A stretch of DNA of 50,270 bases, the filler included, from Bipalium vagum (lineage: Eukaryota): NCBI GenBank assembly GCA_037834085.1. It is 3 parts of 3 records of this genome, joined end to end, with 100 filler letters (N's around TTAATTAATTAA, not from the genome) between each part and the next. Parts side by side here need not be neighbours in the genome. Positions count along the whole stretch, not along the records: positions 33,132 to 50,270 come from JBBMKC010077235.1; 2 more parts are not named here. One strand, written 5' to 3'. The translations under genes and the position numbers were made by a program. The notes under the pieces were generated by a model. That model saw only the letters and a list, made by a program, of their open reading frames with translations, made no database searches and was not told the DNA's origin. Below are positions 39,551 to 50,270 of this stretch, piece after piece; position 1 is the first letter of the stretch, and every line of letters starts with the position of its first letter.

Positions 39551-42500
39551 TCATTTCATCAAAACTGGTTTATCAATACAATTGTCGGCCTGGTTTTCAT
39601 TGCCATATATCAGCTGTAACTGTTTCAACAGTTCCATGCTTTTCAAAGCTTGCAGATCGTTGTTGTTCATTTCCTTCGACTGCAGACTGTCGACGCTGAA
39701 ATTGGAGGAGAAATTTGCCACGGGGTCCAACTTCGGACAAAGATTGGTATTTACAAAATCAACATGTTCCGTATGGATATGGTTGAGAAGATTCTGTATC
39801 GACGGAATGTACTGGCCGCAATACATGCAGTATTTGATGGCAGAGGCACTAGACGGAGAATTGACGTTCTGGAGAAAGGACAGAATGTTGTTGCTGTTGA
39901 CGGGAGGCCGTTCTTTGTGGAGACCGTGGAGGAAATTGAACAGATTTTTGTCCAGACCACTTTTTCTATTGACACACGGCAAACAATCACAAATCGAACT
40001 TTTGTCCATTGAACAATGATTGTATAATTGATTGATATCGTGGAGAATATTGGGCGGCGGACAGCGGTACATGGCATTCGGTATCGGAATGTTCGGTGGA
40101 AGTGGATAATTGGGAGGCAAATAATTCACAGGAAACGGCATTCGGGCACTGGGCAGGGGGGGTTTGGATTTCCAAATCGATGGATGATTGAAGGGATTGT
40201 TGATGTTCTGATTCATTAAATGATGGTAAATCGGAATGCCGAGATTGTTCGAATCGGGCGGCTTTGCGAACGAATCGCGAGAAATGTTGTTCATCTTCAG
40301 AAATTCGGAAATGGCATAATTACTGTGCAACATGTGAGGATCGATTGGCGGTCGTTTGTTGGACGTTTCCGGTTCTCTTTTCTGGGATTTACGTTTTTTC
40401 TGTTTCTCATGAACTGATTTATCTTTCATTCCTTCGTCGAATATTTTCGATTGTTCTTTCGGCGAAAAATCAGTGGAATGTGGCGAAAACTTCGGAGCAC
40501 TGCATGACGAGCTACAGCTGGGCGATATGGACACCAGACGTTCTTGTGATTGAAATATCGAATTCTCAATGATGGGTTTGCCAATGTTTTTGCACGTTTC
40601 AGCTAACATAGACAACGGACAACGGTTTTGTGAATAAATCTGCAAAAAGACAATTAAAAAATTTCAGAAGTACACAACATTGAGATTTGGTTAGTGGAAA
40701 GTATGAAAGAGAAAAAGAGAGAAGAAATGGAGAATTTAATTTCCGTGATAAATTGTTAAATGAATTAGGAGCAGATTAATTTCCAAGATAACCCATAAAC
40801 CCGCTAATGAAGAACAGTTTATGACCAACATTTGGTTATAAAATTGTTGATAAGGGGATAAGCTGACTGACTTTTATTTCCAGAAATTATGATGTTGATA
40901 ATGAGAAAAACTTCATCTTTATTGTGAAAAAATATAAATTATTGATTTTCAGTAATAATAATAATAATAAAAAGAGTAATAACACGTGTCAAGGGCATGT
41001 TGATGATTTTTTGACAATCAACAAAATAAAAAATATTAGTATAATTAATTAAAAAAATAATTATAATTAAAAATTTTTTTAATAAAATTATCATTAATTA
41101 AAAAATAATTATAATTTATACACTTTATTATAGTAAATTAATAAAAAATAAATATAAAAATAATATGATGAAAAATATAATTTTATTAATATTAATAAAA
41201 TTAATAATAAATAATGAAACCGATAATAACATTAAAAACAATAAACAATAAAATAATAAAAATAATAATTTTAAAAAAAAATAGTTTAATAACAAGTGTC
41301 AAGGGTATGTTTGATGATTTCGATAGTCGACAAAATAAAAAAAGTATCATTAATTAAAAATAATTATAATTAAAAATTAATAAAATAATTGTAATTAAAA
41401 AATTATAAAAATAATTTTTTAAATTAAAAAAAGTAATTAAAAATATTATTAATTTTTAAAATTTAATAAAACAATAATAATGATTGAAAACACTTTATTA
41501 TAGTAAATTATTAAAAAAAATATAAAAATAATAATATGATGAAAAAAGTAATTTTATTAATATTAAAAAAATTAATAATAAATAATGAAACCGATAATAT
41601 TAAAAATAATAAACAATAAAATAATGAAAATAATAATAATAAAGTTTAATAACACGTGTCAAAAACATGTTAATGATTTTGACAGTCAACAAAATAAAAA
41701 ATTATTAATTCAAAAAATAATTATAATTAAAAAATAATTTTTAAAATTAGAAAAAAATAATAAAAAATTTAGAATTAATTTTAAAAATCTTTAAAATAAT
41801 TTTAAAAATTAATAAAATAATAATAATAATAATAAATCAATATTAAAATAATGAACAAAATAATTTTATTAATATTAAAAAAGTAATAATTTATGATGAA
41901 AACAAGAACATTAAAAATATAATAATAAATAATGACAATAAAAAAAATTTTTAAAAAAATAAATAATAATTAATAATAGTAATAGTAAATAATAATAATA
42001 ATAATAAATAATAAATAATAATAAAAAAGAAGATTAATAACGTGTTCAGTGGAGAAAATGAGTCCCTGAAAATAGTTTCGTGATTCTTGACAAATGATGT
42101 CCGTGGCTGTCAACAAAATGACATATTCTTCACACATACAATAAAGGAAACCAAGATAAAAGAAATAAAACTCTGATACAAAAACCATTGTGAAGGGTGT
42201 TCTTTTTGTTTTCGATTGTCTCAGTTTTTGTTTTGTTGTGCATTGCCCCTAATTTTTAATTGGTACTTGATAGTTCTGTGATTGCATTTTGGAGAATTGC
42301 GTTTTCAGAATTACTTGTTCTCATGAGACATTGACAATGGTTTGGGAAATTTTCCAATTTACAAAAATTATTTCCCCAATAAATGGAAAAAATAGCTCTT
42401 TTCAACAACCATTGTCATTGAAGTTCTCGCTGTTGAAAACTACTTATTGGTAAACTGAACCATTTGGTTATTGATTTTGCAAAAAAGATCTGCGTTTTGA

Positions 42501-44044
42501 AAATACAGAGATTTCTCTGTATTTTTGGGAACTGTTCTCCCAATTCACTAACAGGAAGTGCATGGAAAGGAGTTGTACTTCATTGCGTAATATACGTTTT
42601 TGTAAAGAGTCTCCACAATAAGTTCAATGACACATTGCAATTGTTATTACGATTCTCGACATATATGGTTAATTATATCTTTTGTTATTGTTGCTGCTGT
42701 TGCCGTTGTTGTTGTTGTTGTTATTGTTGTTGTTTCACTTATGAAATTGATTAAAGACAGTTTGTCAACGACGACGCAACAGAAAACAATTCCAAGTACT
42801 CATTTCGCAACATGAAATTATCATTAAACGATAAAAGATCTTCTCATCAGTGATCTTTCTTCTGTCATAGAATCTGTGAAAGATTCTACCGATCACCCCA
42901 TGCCCAGCTGCCTCCCCTCTCTCCCCATCACCCACCCTTGTGTGGTTTTATCTCACACAATGGATTCAATTAACACCAATGAAAAACGAATCAAACAACA
43001 GAAAAAAGAACTGTCAAAAATCGTCATTAAAGTAAAATCATGATATAAAGTACAAGGAGAAAAGAGATTTTGAGACAATTGGGGAGAGAAAGTTTCCAAT
43101 TAGGCGGGACTAGTTTTCCCCAGTCTCAGAGAACTGTTAAAGCGCACGATGATTTTCCCCTACTTTTTCCCCTTCTGCCGTTGTTTTTTCCATGGAATTT
43201 TAATAATATTATTATCATTTATATTTATATTATTATTATTACTTATCGAACACAAAGACATAATTTACTTGTCCTCCTGGATGAAAACTGGCAAAAATTC
43301 AATTGGAAAAAAAATCAAGACACAGACCGAATCGCCTGGACAAAAAGTAATGTACCAAAATGGAAACTGCCGAACACTATTCTGTGACTTATGCGCCGTT
43401 TTTCTCTGATATAATAATAATAATCATTTAACGTGGACAATAATTTTTTATGGGCTTCCACGGAGATAATTTCAACATTTCGTTGATAAGACCGTTATTG
43501 GTTTCGATCGTTATCGCTTCTTTGATTATGACCGACTTCAAATCTCGATCTTGGTAATCTTTAAACGGTCTTTTACGTTGATCTTCGTCTCGTTTCGAAA
43601 CGAGTGAAACGTTTCCATTGATAAGTTGCAACTTTTAATCGTATTCTTTCTTCGTTGAATCTTTTTTCGCTTGTTATTCTTTTCTCGATTTTCTCTTCTT
43701 TTTTTCTGTTTTCTTTTTGTTTTTTCTTCTCTTCCTCACCTTTCGTTTTTCTTCCAGTTTTTTCTCTCCAACTAGTTTACGCTTTGTTTTAATGGAAATG
43801 GTTTCATATCATCTCATCAAAGGTTTCAAGATCAGATTGGGTAAAGGTGACAGAAAAGGGAAAGAAATTGAATTTTGTTTTATTGGGAACACTGTGGAAA
43901 AACAAAAAAAAGAAATCCACTTACAAATCTTGATTTTTCGTCAATATATTCCGGATGAAGATAACGTTTTCTCGACGAGATGATATCGGCAATGTCCGGC
44001 GACGCAATGGTGATGTTGTTGTTTTTATCACTGATCAAAGTCAT
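39551..44044 (-). CDS. ZNF503/ZNF703: NET-family (NocA/Elbow/Tlp-1; Nlz) zinc-finger transcriptional regulator, 2 exons, 402 aa
   Basis: Exon 1 44044-43925 (MTLISDK..RYLHPEYIDEKSRF; in-frame TAG just before the ATG; GTAAGT donor). Phase-0 intron 43924-40640 (TTTTTGCAG acceptor). Exon 2 40639-39551. Motifs: YLHPEY, Sp box CPLSMLAETCKNIGKP immediately after the intron, btd-box-like CDCLPC, and a single C2H2 finger CMYC-x12-H-x4-H. Confidence 0.85.
40977..41970. repeat. Three-copy ~310-360 bp AT-rich tandem repeat in the NET intron
   Basis: Unit starts TAATAACAmGTGTCAA..ATGTT.ATGATTT at 40977, 41287 and 41647. Shared blocks CACTTTATTATAGTAAATTA and AATAATGAAACCGATAAT in units 1 and 2. Confidence 0.85.
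42682..42733. repeat. Imperfect (TTG)n microsatellite
   Basis: Tandem TTG/CTG/TTA triplets. Confidence 0.8.
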
Positions 44045-44182
44045 CTATCGATTGTTGTGTTGGTGAAACAATATAACTGGAGCAACGGGATCAATACGAT
44101 TTAAACAAAAAAGAAGATATCTTTTTGATGATAATTGTAGAAAATCCTAATAAAAAAAATATTAACAAAATAACGCGATTCT

Positions 44183-44194
44183 CATTGGCCAATG
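44183..44194. promoter_or_regulatory. Palindromic double CCAAT box upstream of the NET start codon
   Basis: CATTGGCCAATG is a perfect palindrome ~140 nt 5' of the ATG at 44044. Confidence 0.35.
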
Positions 44195-46289
44195 TGGTCA
44201 GGGCAGAAAATTATGCTACACACAAGATAATTTAAGAGAAACACACAATCACAAATTCCATGCTTCACACCATACAGCCATTATAATTCGATGATGGTTT
44301 ATGTTATTGTGTGTATATGTGAGTGTGTGAATGTGTTTGTTGTGAGCGTGTGTGTGTGAAATTATAAATGCATCTATTGTCAAATTATGAAGAGGCAACT
44401 GTCTTGTTAATGTTAATAATATTAATAATAATTAATAAAAATTATTATTATTGCTATTATTGTTGTATTTTTTATTATATAATAATAATAATAATAATCA
44501 TAGACGAATTAGAGATTATAAATAGTAATAACATATATTGTAATATAATAATTCTCGTAATTATATATTATGTCTCGGAGAATTAATGATAAAGTATTAA
44601 TAACTGCAATCGTAAAAAGTTTGTCAATAATCGTCCTCTTCTTGTAAGATGTGCGACTCTTTTGAAGGCAAATAGAAAACAAAGTAAAACCAATGGAAAC
44701 CATCGTGTCAATCAACGGGGCTTGCAAGGGGGTTGAAAGAGTTGCCGTTGTTTCGGTACCATAAGCATGACAGTTGAGAGATGTTTCCCAACTTTATCAC
44801 AATTGCTGTTTCAGCTTAAAACATTGTTGCCATGTACGTTTGGAAACAGACTACATTCAGTGAGATCTGGAGTGTCCTATTTTTCTTGTTAACCATTATG
44901 GCGTTCGGTACGAAAGGCAGAAAAATTGCTGGCATCTGATGATGACAAAAATATCCTTTTTTCGGCGGAAACATTCATCCATCCAGGAAACTATCAAATG
45001 GTCCTGCGTTTGTATACGAAATTCAATGCTCTCTGGCGATTGTGGAGTTATCGCCAGGCTTTTGTCTTTTCTGTTACTTGTTCTCTGAAGTTGGTCCCGA
45101 CTCTGAATTTCAGCAATTCTTCAAAATAGTTTCTGATATGGACTTTTTTTGAGAATTTTTTTTCCAATGCTAAATAAATAAATAATTAAATTAAATTTCT
45201 TTTTTGTAATTTATAATTTGTTGGTCCGGAAAATCTTTTTATTCAATTTTCTTAAATGGCCTTTGGCCCGATCTTTGAAATGGTGACAATGCTCCTTTTT
45301 GTCACTTGATACCCTTTGAAAATGCCGAGAGATGTCAGACAATGATCCCCATGAACCAAAGTAGTTCTTATCTTTTATTATATCTATATTCATTAGCGAA
45401 GTCCGAATTCATTTTGATGATGACGATGATAATAATACAATGGTGATGATTTCACTCTGTTAGACTGGTCATTATTGTTTGCCTTATCTTTGGAATTGAT
45501 ACTTTTATCTTAATTTGATATATGTTAGGAAGGAATACTTTGAGACACTTTTCTTGTCTATTCCCTTTATCTCAGTTTAAGGGCACCGCCTAATTGAGAC
45601 TGAAAATGTGTTCAATTTAAATGTTTTTAGAAATAATAATTATTATTTATAATAGTTATTATTATAAAATAAATTATCGTCATTTTTATCTTTGTTGTTT
45701 CAAACAAAATAAATAGTAGAAAAATCATCTCGCAAAATATTTTGTTTTTTCTTTAATAAAATTGTTAATAAATTATTAAACTAGTATTAGGAATTTAAGC
45801 TCTTGGGTCGTTTATATTTCCACTCAGCAATGGTCGGTTTTAATGGTGAAAGAAAAATAATCAGTTTAATAATAAAACTTTATTAACAATACACAATGAT
45901 TAACACAATTGTTAATCAAATGTTCCCGAACCACCGATTTCTGTAATTCGAAATCAAATAGATCAACTTTCACTCGTAACCAAAGTCAATAATATAATAT
46001 ACTCAAAATGAATATAAATCATTATCAATAAAAATGTACCGATAGTTCAAAAAAAAAGGTTAAATCAAGCAATGAAATCAAAATAAATAAAAATTGGTAT
46101 TTATATGTGAAATGTCAATAAATAAAAGACTTTAGAATAAAAATGAAATGACTGGGAAAATTATCAAACATGAATTATTACCCGAATGTGAAAATTCAAC
46201 CAGCCCTTGGATCGTCAGTGAGACGCATCTAAAGTCGACCGAACTCCATAAGGTCGGTTGACTGTCCTTTAAAAATATTGTAGAACAAG

Positions 46290-47680
46290 GGAATAATAAC
46301 AGTGACCTTTTCCAAAAGATCTTCTAATTCGAAAATCTTCTTCTATTAGGGTGAGTCATAATAACTCGCGTTTTTTACAAATTTTTAATAATACCAGTCT
46401 CTTAAAAGTAAAAATTCTTCTTCAAATACCAAAAAAACAACAATCTTCTGAATTTCTGGGCAAATTTCCTTGATTATATACAAGATCCTCAATTGTCTTT
46501 ATCCGAGAAATAGAGTCCTGAATAGGATAACATTCCCAAAAGTGATCCTAGATTTGAGTGGTAGTACCTTTCCAAACATAGCAACCAATCAGGAAACTCA
46601 GCACGTCAATTAACACTTTCTAAAATGTAAAATAATTAATTATTATTTTTATGTATATTTATTATTATTATTCTTGACTCTTCTGGTCATGTTCTCCAAT
46701 TTTCTTTGGAAGTACTTTTGAGCGAAATATAATTTATCATTAAATGATAAACAATGCGTTAATTAAAATAAAGTTGTAAGTATATTTAGCATTCGAGTTG
46801 CCGCAAAAATGAGACTGATATAAAAAAGAAACCACTTTTAAAATATAAACATATCTTTAAATAAAGTCCAACTATTGTCTGTTCAAAGTCAATTTAAATC
46901 TTTAGAATGACAATTACTTTATATGGTTTCAACTTCGAACCCTGGATAATCCGTCCGATCCTTATCAGATATCCAACTCACTTCTCCTATCACAATCATC
47001 GATACAAATGCTTAATAGACATACCAAACGTGAAACAATATATTGTAATTTACAAAAAAAATTTCAATTGATTTTTTTTCTTCTGTTTTTCTTTGAGCTT
47101 AGTTCATTTAGTGTACTCCATACAGAGATCAATCCTATGGCACAGCCGAGAATACCACCAAGCACTTCATTCATCTGCTCGAATAAAAATAGAGAAAAAA
47201 TGATATTTCCCTTCTATGTTTGCAGTCCAGGTAATTATTTTAACTCCGATCCTGCAGCAAAATTAATCAATTTTGCCGTGTCTCCCCTTTTATCATTATT
47301 AATTATTATCTAGTATTAGATTTTAACATATTTTTTCGTGTTTTTATCTTTATATGTCTTGGTTTTACGGATTCATATTTATTTAATACAAAAATCATTT
47401 ATTTGAAAGATCGTTTTCTGGTCTACAAGTACAATGTACTTTTTGACATTTTATTTAAATTTCGCAGATTTAAAATCCAGTGTAAATGTAATCTAACAAA
47501 TTTCCATGATCTTGATTCAAAAACCAGCTTGAGGTTACTGACTCTACCTACATTTTTCATTCTTGGGAACAACATGATCGTGTCTTTCATATACATGGAT
47601 CTTTACTTTCATATACTTCATGTAGCTGACAAATAATGCCATTTTTTCAGTTTTCCTTAAAAGCAAAACACGAATAACAC
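46290..47680 (-). pseudogene. Probable decayed CMGC-type (DYRK/HIPK-like) kinase pseudogene
   Basis: Minus-strand motifs in kinase order, broken by indels and stops: IICQLHEVYESKD, KLVFE..GNLLDYI (47528-47485), TAKLINF (~47280-47260), SLF(Y)RADE.VLG, AI(D)*SL.GV..NEL, LEDLLEKV (~46327-46304). AG acceptors at ~47311 and ~46621. Confidence 0.45.
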
Positions 47681-48460
47681 AGCGTAATTCAAAATGTTGG
47701 CACATTTTTAAAGAGAGTGTCGTAAATAGTGTTATTAAATGATTTTTTTAAAAACAAATTCATTTATATTTGGTTATATTTATTAATTGTTTTCTATAGA
47801 AATGTACAAGTCTAATTACTTTTATCCATACCCCGTTTATTACTTTATTTTTAATAATTTAATAGTAACCAACATGCTAAATCTGACTCCATGATCTTTT
47901 ATATGGTTAAATTCTACGGTAAACCTGCGAATAAGATAAATTATGTTGAACACCAATAAACTTTATTGAATTCCAACTCAAAATCACACACAAAATAACC
48001 GTCACGCCACAAATCAATAATCAGCAATTCCTTGAACGTCAATCATTGTACTGTTAAGTTTTGCTCAAAGTGTGTTATTAGTATGTGAAGATGTAAGATG
48101 TGTTTGGTTAATTTGAACAGAGGGATTTATATGCGCGTAACATCAGAAGTAAGGTGTAAATAAAAATTTAAATGTTTAAAGTGACAATAATAATATGAAA
48201 GTTAAGTAAACACCAAATCGATTATTAAACACTGATTCGAAAATTAAGAATCCGACAACCTGATAATTTTAGTTTTATTATCATTTTTATTGATTTGATC
48301 TCATCAAATAAACGTTGAACATCTTTTATCAAAATATCTAATCATGGGTCATGAAGCATAATAAGCAAAACTTTGACACGATTTTTGGTGGGACATTCTC
48401 CTACTACTCTACAACAACGAGACTCATTTAGTCTTTTTAATCAATTAATTAATAAAAATA

Positions 48461-50083
48461 TTATGTCCCATTATTCATTTTCTTCCAGTGCGATTCGTAA
48501 CTCTCTCTGCGTTGATCATAGAGATCGGAAGAAATCATTTTTTCTGTGATACTTTCTTCTTGACGGTACCTTGTTATTATTTTGTAACAACCAACCAATT
48601 CGTGCATGGTATATTTTATGGTCATCACAGACTCCGGGGAAATATCCCACATTTCATCTTTCAATTGGAAAATTAAATCGATAAATTTGCTATAATAAAA
48701 ATGGGGTATAAATAAAAACTTGAAAAGACTAGTGCAAACATCACCATGAATGTCTGAATGAAGAGAAGGGTTCGAGCATTTCTCCTCAAACATCATCAGT
48801 GAGACAATGGAACAATGGAAATTAAAATTCTCTGATTGATATTGGCAAAAGGTATATTCGTTGAAAAGATTCCTCAACCTTGTTTGCGCCTTTTCCAACA
48901 ATTCTTTTAACCTTTCGATATTTGGAGAGATGTGATATATCTCAGAATATAAGGGTACCAGAGCTTTCATCAGACCAGAAATGGCACCTTTACTGGAAAT
49001 GAGTTGATTGATTATTTTCCTGTTCAAATTGTCAATTTCTTTAAAAATCTCATGACAGATCTTTACGTAATTTTTACGCAAATAATCCGATACTGTATTT
49101 AGTTCTTGAGGACCCGCGATGTTTGGTGTCCGTTCTATAGAGCTCAAAACCATTCTCATGTCACAAATGTCTGAGTTGTGAAACGGACAGCTGGTATGGG
49201 AAACCATGAACTTATGTACGCATCTCAAACATATTTTATTATGGCAAAAGGGAAATCTTGCGTAAGCGTTCTCGTTGACAGTCGTAACGCAAATCAAACA
49301 TTGATCCGTTCCATATTTCGATATCTCAGCTTGAATTATGCTGTACACTTCTTCGTTGCAGCTGACAAAGCTAATCAAAAGCTGTACAACATAACAGAGC
49401 ACCTCTTTCAAACCGTTCAGTTCTTCATCCAAATTCTCCATTTCATTGTCAAGGAGTTTCTTTTCCACGATCTCAGCCACTTTTATGAATCCGAAGTTCG
49501 GTTTGGCCAGAAATTGGAAGGAAAATATTTTTTCCGAATTCAAAATATTAAAATGATACAATTGTAAATTCTCAGGGGGTAGCGTGTGGACATGGTCTCG
49601 AAATTTTATTTCCTTGTTGAAAGGAACCTGGTCCTCATATAAAGCCAGAATTTCATTGTACAGATCAAAAATTGGATGTAAAAGTAAACTGGTTTCAGTT
49701 TGATCAGTGACTTTCGATGAATCTCTAAAATGTTGATAAACCCCTTTGGATCTTTGCAACATTTCTATCTTCTTATGCAGAATAATGCTCATTTTCACAA
49801 AGAGCCTGGACCAGTGACTTTCAATATCTTCCATTAAAACGTTGGACTTTGTGGAGAAAATGTCTTTCAAGTATTCATTAACTGTCTTCAATAATGATCC
49901 ATTATGTTGTAAAGTTTGGATCTTGATCATGTCCAAAGGACATCGGGTTTCGTCTTGAAAGAGTATTTCCAAGGAACAAAAATTGCAAAACTTATGTTGA
50001 CATTCACTGAATAAACAAAACTCGTTCTCTTTCATCGATTCAAAACAAATTGGACAATCATTTTCTACAACTGTTTCTTGCAT
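48461..50083 (-). CDS. Intronless 540-aa protein with two RING-type zinc fingers (putative E3 ubiquitin ligase)
   Basis: Uninterrupted 1623-nt ORF in very AT-rich DNA. RING1 C10,C13,C28,H30,C33,C36,C48,D51; RING2 C262,C265,C280,(H281/N282),C285,C288,C299,H302. Confidence 0.9.
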   Translation of the reverse strand: MQETVVENDCPICFESMKENEFCLFSECQHKFCNFCSLEILFQDETRCPLDMIKIQTLQHNGSLLKTVNEYLKDIFSTKSNVLMEDIESHWSRLFVKMSIILHKKIEMLQRSKGVYQHFRDSSKVTDQTETSLLLHPIFDLYNEILALYEDQVPFNKEIKFRDHVHTLPPENLQLYHFNILNSEKIFSFQFLAKPNFGFIKVAEIVEKKLLDNEMENLDEELNGLKEVLCYVVQLLISFVSCNEEVYSIIQAEISKYGTDQCLICVTTVNENAYARFPFCHNKICLRCVHKFMVSHTSCPFHNSDICDMRMVLSSIERTPNIAGPQELNTVSDYLRKNYVKICHEIFKEIDNLNRKIINQLISSKGAISGLMKALVPLYSEIYHISPNIERLKELLEKAQTRLRNLFNEYTFCQYQSENFNFHCSIVSLMMFEEKCSNPSLHSDIHGDVCTSLFKFLFIPHFYYSKFIDLIFQLKDEMWDISPESVMTIKYTMHELVGCYKIITRYRQEESITEKMISSDLYDQRRESYESHWKKMNNGT

Positions 50084-50203
50084 CAGACCAGTATTAAATA
50101 ATTGTATAATTAGTAGTAAATAATTTCTCTTTATTCAAACAAAATATCAGATAAATATTTAGTGAGGAAATGATAAAAAAGCTTATATATTTTATAATTA
50201 TAA

Positions 50204-50205
<2 letters not shown>

Positions 50206-50270
<65 letters not shown>
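50206..50270. repeat. (ATA)n microsatellite
   Basis: More than 20 perfect units running off the window end. Confidence 0.95.

Noticed and set aside
39582-40572. Several plus-strand and alternate-frame ORFs (62-145 aa) over the NET exon
   Set aside because: Shadow ORFs of a GC-richer coding exon, with no motifs.
40640-40645. TTG start of ORF 39551-40645
   Set aside because: TTGCAG is the splice acceptor; the real start is in exon 1 at 44044.
42464-42815. Poly-Cys and poly-Val ORFs
   Set aside because: Translations of the (TTG)n microsatellite inside the NET intron.
41970-43631. Alternative first-exon candidates for the NET gene (ORFs 41970-42188 and 43428-43631, and a donor at ~43268)
   Set aside because: Weak donors, wrong phase or no in-frame ATG. 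The 44044-43925 exon has YLHPEY and a perfect GTAAGT donor.
48488-49567. Plus-strand ORFs 48488-48676 and 49178-49567
   Set aside because: Antisense shadows of the RING gene.

Overview
Very AT-rich, intron-containing eukaryotic genomic DNA from a draft assembly. It has one 161-N gap and two artificial 100-nt 44N-TTAATTAATTAA-44N joins. The composition, a 45-nt mini-intron and the dense mariner/ITmD37E content suggest an invertebrate, plausibly a freshwater planarian (inference only). Three intact protein-coding genes can be reconstructed by eye: (1) a 7-exon ZDHHC3/7-like palmitoyltransferase (+, 21394-30673, 324 aa) whose introns hold stacked DNA transposons; (2) a 2-exon, strongly divergent NET-family (NocA/Elbow/Tlp-1, ZNF503/ZNF703) zinc-finger gene (-, 44044-39551, 402 aa), flanked by GC-richer islands carrying TCF/LEF plus helper-like motifs; (3) an intronless 540-aa protein made of a duplicated [RING + helical region] module with non-canonical zinc ligands (-, 50083-48461). 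The remainder is decayed IS630-Tc1-mariner elements (DD34D mariners, D37E, DD41D-like, maT-like, pogo/Tigger), a Ty3/gypsy pol remnant, two probable decayed protein-kinase pseudogenes and simple repeats. No rRNA, tRNA or CRISPR features were seen. All family assignments come from motif recognition by eye, not from database searches.
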